The notes under the pieces are model-generated. The model did no database searches, was not told the origin of the DNA, and worked only from the letters and a program-made list of their open reading frames with translations. Below, in pieces: positions 49,925 through 53,527 of a DNA stretch of 53,527 nt; positions within the stretch are counted from its first letter, which is position 1; every line of letters begins with the position of its first letter. The position numbers and the translations under genes were made by a program. Source of the DNA: a virus; IMG/VR virus record IMGVR_UViG_3300044252_000008, positions 1-53,527 of that record; one strand, 5' to 3'.

Positions 49925-50437
49925 CTAAGCGTAAACCCCCTCGCCGACTGTCCAGCCGACCATGCCGATGTGATCGGACGATGCGTAGTACTGACCGCCA
50001 CCACCACTGCTAAGCATTTGCACGTAATAGTTGATCCCAGCAGATACCTGGAAGTCTGTTTCTAGATTCACCTGGTGCCACGATGAACCGTGCGCCTCAC
50101 TGGACGTGTAGGCGATGGCCTGGGAACGGTTTGTCTGATCAACAATTCCAGACCCACCCTCCTGCACCAGTTGCAGCCGTAGGACATTAGCCTCCCAGCC
50201 CTCAATGATCGTACGCGCAATGCACCAGCAGCGAGCGTGGAGGAAGAACGTGCCTGTTGTGGAAACGAATGGACCCACCTGCATCGCCACTGACAGCGCC
50301 GGGGTGGCGTAGAAGAAGTTATCAATGACCGGCCAGTTGACCACGCCGGAGCCAGAGCCAACTACACGCTGCACCTGACCAGTTGGCAGCGGAGCCGCGG
50401 AGGACCTAGCGCCGAGATTGACAACCGCCGCCATCAC
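49925..50437 (-). CDS. Fibre-tip / receptor-binding-like paralog 3
   Basis: About 170 aa (GTG 50437 or ATG 50434). It shares LG..(P)..P.P..Q, (R)CW.(I/V).R and a G(E)GV C-terminal pattern with the two upstream genes. Confidence 0.6.
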   Translation of the reverse strand: MMAAVVNLGARSSAAPLPTGQVQRVVGSGSGVVNWPVIDNFFYATPALSVAMQVGPFVSTTGTFFLHARCWCIARTIIEGWEANVLRLQLVQEGGSGIVDQTNRSQAIAYTSSEAHGSSWHQVNLETDFQVSAGINYYVQMLSSGGGGQYYASSDHIGMVGWTVGEGVYA

Positions 50438-50907
50438 GGCACGCCCTCGCCGTGGATGACACCGATCATGCGCGAGTACTGAGAGCCGCCGTAAGTCTGC
50501 TGGATGCCGCCGGAGGAATAGCCAGCAGCAAGCCAGGCAGTGTAAGCCGTGTTCGCAGCAAGCTGGAAGACCGCGAGCCCGTTGTAAGACAACCAGCCAA
50601 CAGTGCCCGCGTCGTAAACATCACTGACAACCTGCACATGGTTCAGCCCAGCAACATCGGCGGGGCTGATGTAGATCGAGTAGTCCCAGCGCTGCCAGCC
50701 GCCGTTGACGCCAGCGACAATCTGGTTAGACCGGATCACCCAGAAGCACGCATACCGCGTCGTGTATGTGATCCCCATGTTCGGCAGGCCCGTCCCCGCG
50801 TCCCCCGCCTGCCAGTTGTTCGCGCCCTCGTAGACGCCGATGGCGATCTGACAGCGCTGGTTTGGTACCGGCTGTGAGGATGGCAGCACGCCGAGCGGGG
50901 TTGGCAT
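50434..50907 (-). CDS. Fibre-tip / receptor-binding-like paralog 2
   Basis: 157 aa. LGVLPSSQPVP.., ..YACFWVIRS.., ..ISPADV.., ..LAANTAYTAWLAAGYSSGGIQQTY..GVIHGEGVP. Confidence 0.6.
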   Translation of the reverse strand: MPTPLGVLPSSQPVPNQRCQIAIGVYEGANNWQAGDAGTGLPNMGITYTTRYACFWVIRSNQIVAGVNGGWQRWDYSIYISPADVAGLNHVQVVSDVYDAGTVGWLSYNGLAVFQLAANTAYTAWLAAGYSSGGIQQTYGGSQYSRMIGVIHGEGVP

Positions 50908-51392
50908 CAGAGCGCGCCCTCCCCAATCAGCTCACCCTCGATATAGTGGTAAACCGGGTGACAATGGTACGTCTGGTTGTAGCCCGACGAGTAACCCCAC
51001 ACAAGTGAGCAGTAGTAAGTGGTATTGGCCTCCAGCGTCCACAAGCCGTCTAAGGACACCGACTGCCAACTAACAGCCGAGTGCATTGAATGCTGTGTCC
51101 GGAACGTGTTGTAGTAGTTGAGGTCGGCGGGCTGAAGGAACAGCCACACCTCGAAACTCATCCACACCGCTTCCACCTGCGCCCACAGCGTCTGGCCATG
51201 CACAAGCCACCAGCAGCGCCGTGTCGGCGTGACTGAGATGGTCATGTTGCCACCAGCACCATCCTGTAGCACTGTGCCGAACGTGACAGTGTTATTCCAC
51301 GTGATTGTGGTATTGGCAACACCGCGCTTGTTCTGTACCATGCCAGTTGGTGCAGGTTGGTTGGATGGCAGCTGGCCAAGCGTCTGCGTCAC
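50907..51392 (-). CDS. Fibre-tip / receptor-binding-like paralog 1
   Basis: 161 aa (GTG start, GTGA overlap). LGQLPSNQPAP.., ..RRCWWLVHG.., ..LQPADL.., ..LEANTTYYCSLVWGYSSGYNQTY..GELIGEGAL. Confidence 0.6.
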   Translation of the reverse strand: MTQTLGQLPSNQPAPTGMVQNKRGVANTTITWNNTVTFGTVLQDGAGGNMTISVTPTRRCWWLVHGQTLWAQVEAVWMSFEVWLFLQPADLNYYNTFRTQHSMHSAVSWQSVSLDGLWTLEANTTYYCSLVWGYSSGYNQTYHCHPVYHYIEGELIGEGAL

Positions 51393-51691
51393 GGCGCAAT
51401 CATCCCCGCGGCCTTCATGTCATCAATCAATGTGCCGAGTACCGTTGCCACTTCATTCAAGGTGGTGGCAGTGGTGTTGAACGCACGGTCCTTGGTGTAA
51501 CCAGCAGTGACCGAATACGTGGTAGGGATCTGTGCACCACCGCCACCAGAGCCTGTGGCGTCCACCCAGACCGTACCACTCCACCACTGCAACTTCGACG
51601 TGGCTGTGTTGAAGAACAGCTGGCCCTGCACTGGTGAAGCAGGCGCCGTGGCCGCACGCGGTGGTTTCAGGGTTCCAGGAAACTCAGGCAT
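51389..51691 (-). CDS. Short fibre-like protein sharing the N-terminal motif of the long tail fibre
   Basis: 100 aa from ATG 51691 (TGATG junction). PVQGQLFFNTATSKLQWWSGTVWVDA parallels PVTGQLFYNSADNTLYWWDGSAWVSA in the upstream gene. Confidence 0.6.
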   Translation of the reverse strand: MPEFPGTLKPPRAATAPASPVQGQLFFNTATSKLQWWSGTVWVDATGSGGGGAQIPTTYSVTAGYTKDRAFNTTATTLNEVATVLGTLIDDMKAAGMIAP

Positions 51692-53016
51692 CAGCCCACG
51701 ACCGTTATGACCTTGGAGTTGGCTGTGACAGACGCACCCCACGTGACCGTGACGTTGCCGCCGCTGTCCACGACGATATCGGGCAACTCGACGGCGCCAG
51801 AGGTCGCGTCCTGAATCTGCACGAGCAGCGCGCGCCGGGCAGCGAGGCCGTGCACGCTCTTGGGCACCGACCACGTCGTACCAGCACCAGGCGGCCCCGC
51901 CGACCAGTACCACAGCGCCGCACCCAGCGCGGTTGCTGCCGCTGCTGGCGTCGTCGCCCCGGTGCCACCGTTGGCGATCGGCAGCGTACCCGTTACGTCC
52001 GCTGTGCCGACGTTGATCGCGCCGTCCGCGATCATCGCGTTCGTGATGCCGTTGTTCGCGACCTGGATCGTGTCAGCGTTGACGGTAATGCCTGCTCCCT
52101 GCCCCACGTCAAGCGTGTTGCCAGTCTTCGTCAGGCCCGCGCCGCTCGTGATCTGTCCCGCACCGCTGAACTGCGACCACGGAACATTCGTGGTGCCCAG
52201 CGTGCCACCTTGGTCGGCCTGACAGACCCAACCGGAGTCCATGTTTGCAGTGCCCTGCTCCACGAACACAAAGGCACTGACCAGTTCGTTCCAGGTGTCG
52301 GCGTCCGTGGCCCGCGTCCACGCGCCCGACTGAACAGTGTAGATCCCGTTCTGGCTCGCCGTCGTCTGGTCCTTGACCAGCACGCGGGTGCCGACGATGC
52401 TAGGCGTCTGGTTGTCGATCACCAAGGCGGTGCCGGACAGCGAGATGTTGGCGGTCGTGGCACAGTACACGGATGCCTTGACATCAAGGCCCTCCGCGAC
52501 GCCATCCACGTAGCGCTTGTTCGCGGCGTCCTGCGCGTTCGTCGGGTCGGCGACGCTGAGCAGCTTATTGCCACTCATGCTGATGTTACCGCCGACGCCG
52601 TTGATCGACGCGAGTTGATCAATGCGCACGTTGCCCGGCATCGCCTTCTGGCTGAACGTCAGGTCGTAGCCGAGCGTGCGCAGCGACGGCGTGCCCTGCG
52701 CACCATCTTTGTTCGCCGCGTTCACATCAGCGTCTGTGATGACGCCAGCGGCGATCTGTGGGCTGGTGGCGGTGCCTGCCAGGTCCCCTGCCAGCTGTAT
52801 GGTGCCCAGGGCGCCTGTGGTGGCTGGTGGGGTGGCTGAGGCCCCGCCACGCGCACTAACCCAGGCGCTGCCGTCCCACCAGTAGAGCGTGTTATCAGCA
52901 CTGTTGTAGAACAGCTGGCCCGTGACCGGCGTCGCTGGCGCCGTACCCAGGACGTGGGCGCGGAGATTGCGTGCCTCGTACTTAGCGAAGTCCAGTGCGT
53001 TGCCGAGCGTCGGCAT
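51691..53016 (-). CDS. Tail fibre protein
   Basis: 441 aa. ..SVADPTNAQDAANKRYVDG.. is the common fibre motif. Gly/Thr/Ala-rich beta repeats. Confidence 0.85.
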   Translation of the reverse strand: MPTLGNALDFAKYEARNLRAHVLGTAPATPVTGQLFYNSADNTLYWWDGSAWVSARGGASATPPATTGALGTIQLAGDLAGTATSPQIAAGVITDADVNAANKDGAQGTPSLRTLGYDLTFSQKAMPGNVRIDQLASINGVGGNISMSGNKLLSVADPTNAQDAANKRYVDGVAEGLDVKASVYCATTANISLSGTALVIDNQTPSIVGTRVLVKDQTTASQNGIYTVQSGAWTRATDADTWNELVSAFVFVEQGTANMDSGWVCQADQGGTLGTTNVPWSQFSGAGQITSGAGLTKTGNTLDVGQGAGITVNADTIQVANNGITNAMIADGAINVGTADVTGTLPIANGGTGATTPAAAATALGAALWYWSAGPPGAGTTWSVPKSVHGLAARRALLVQIQDATSGAVELPDIVVDSGGNVTVTWGASVTANSKVITVVG

Positions 53017-53444
53017 CAGTTCACATATGCCTTTCCAGAAGTCGCTGAGCCGAATGTCAGCTGCACAGTATTCACGTCGATGTAGCTGACGTTCGGTAAC
53101 ACCACCGAGTCGCCGGTGTCAACTACACTCACAGCCGGGAACTTGCCTAGCCCGTGCACCACATTCCAGATCGTGTTCGGTGCAGACTGAATATGCACGT
53201 AGTTACTGTCACCTCCTGTGGCTGTTGCCTTACCGTCCCCTGGCCACACGACGTACATAGTGCCCTGCTGGCCCACAGCCACACACACACGGTCACCGGG
53301 CAGGGCAATGCTGTCGTTGTTCAGTGGCCCGAACAGCTGGGCCTGGCCGTCCACACGCAGCCACCAACCACCACTCTGTTGCACCAGAATGCCGTCCAGC
53401 ACATGCTGGTCCTCGGCGCCTGTCACAGCGTATGGCGTAGGCAT
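53016..53444 (-). CDS. Baseplate spike/gpV-like protein; its 5' end lies in the terminal repeat
   Basis: 142 aa. The ATG (53442-53444, equivalent to 42-44) shares a base with the hub gene stop (44-46). PGDRVCVAVGQQGTMYVVW resembles the OB-fold of the gpV/gp5 N-domain. Confidence 0.5.
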   Translation of the reverse strand: MPTPYAVTGAEDQHVLDGILVQQSGGWWLRVDGQAQLFGPLNNDSIALPGDRVCVAVGQQGTMYVVWPGDGKATATGGDSNYVHIQSAPNTIWNVVHGLGKFPAVSVVDTGDSVVLPNVSYIDVNTVQLTFGSATSGKAYVN

Positions 53445-53527
53445 CAGCCCTGACCCCAGTGCCGTGCCTGGAAGCCACTGGTACTGCGATGGCCCTTGAC
53501 GTACCGTGGCCCACTCACGCCAGGGTG
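53401..53527. repeat. Terminal direct repeat, copy 2 (identical to 1..127)
   Basis: Direct comparison of the printed lines. Confidence 0.95.

Noticed and set aside
49925-51392. A diversity-generating retroelement (template/variable repeat) explanation for the three tip paralogs.
   Set aside because: No reverse transcriptase gene is present anywhere in the genome. The paralogs are diverged along their whole length rather than at adenine-specific positions of a near-identical repeat.

Overview
The window is a complete, circularly closed genome of a GC-rich dsDNA phage with a contractile tail. Bases 1-127 are identical to 53401-53527, so the unique length is 53,400 bp. Every gene I can support (about 78 CDS) is on the minus strand. 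Most are chained by 1-4 nt start/stop overlaps (TGATG, ATGA, GTGA, TAATG).

In transcription order (high to low coordinates):
- 46.4-37 kb: an early region of small cassettes bounded by promoters and hairpins. It holds wHTH and RHH regulators, a basic protein with a histone-tail-like C-terminus, DUF6011-like and DUF2786-like proteins, an SNF2 helicase and a secreted Rpf-like transglycosylase.
- 37-22 kb: a recombination/replication module. It holds a Cas4-like nuclease, an AAA_24-type ATPase, a DUF669-like SSB with a SAP domain, a DnaE-type polymerase, a ThyX-like protein, a MazG-like protein, a primase-polymerase/helicase and a RuvC-like resolvase.
- 22-19.9 kb: terminase small and large subunits.
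- 19.9-18.2 kb: a lysis cassette in an unusual position, containing a membrane-anchored collagen-like protein.
- 18.1-15.3 kb: an accessory island.
- 15.3-8.9 kb: Mu-like head genes.
- 8.7-0 kb: neck, sheath, tube, tape measure and hub.
- A fibre/baseplate block that crosses the circular junction (53.4-46.6 kb) and ends in a 108-aa metzincin-like protein.

I recognised no integrase, transposase, tRNA or CRISPR array.

The strongest candidate for an undescribed system is five small enzymes translationally coupled to dnaE: a flavoprotein, a HAD nucleotidase, an SDR, a VOC-fold protein and a DUF1599-like protein. They lie in one operon with a ThyX that carries RQR instead of RHR and a MazG-like protein. 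I read this as nucleotide or DNA modification, or alternatively detoxification of a DNA-targeting host metabolite.

Other notable items:
- the collagen-rod membrane protein inside the lysis cassette
- the miniature metzincin
- three tandem fibre-tip paralogs in a region of lower GC
- an early secreted Rpf-like protein
- a family of near-identical promoters with a conserved leader motif, CCTAC(N)ACC

All family calls come from motif recognition by eye. No searches were run, and many start codons are uncertain by a few codons. The host is unknown. GC richness, the Rpf-like domain and a leaderless-looking promoter hint at Actinobacteria, but that is inference.
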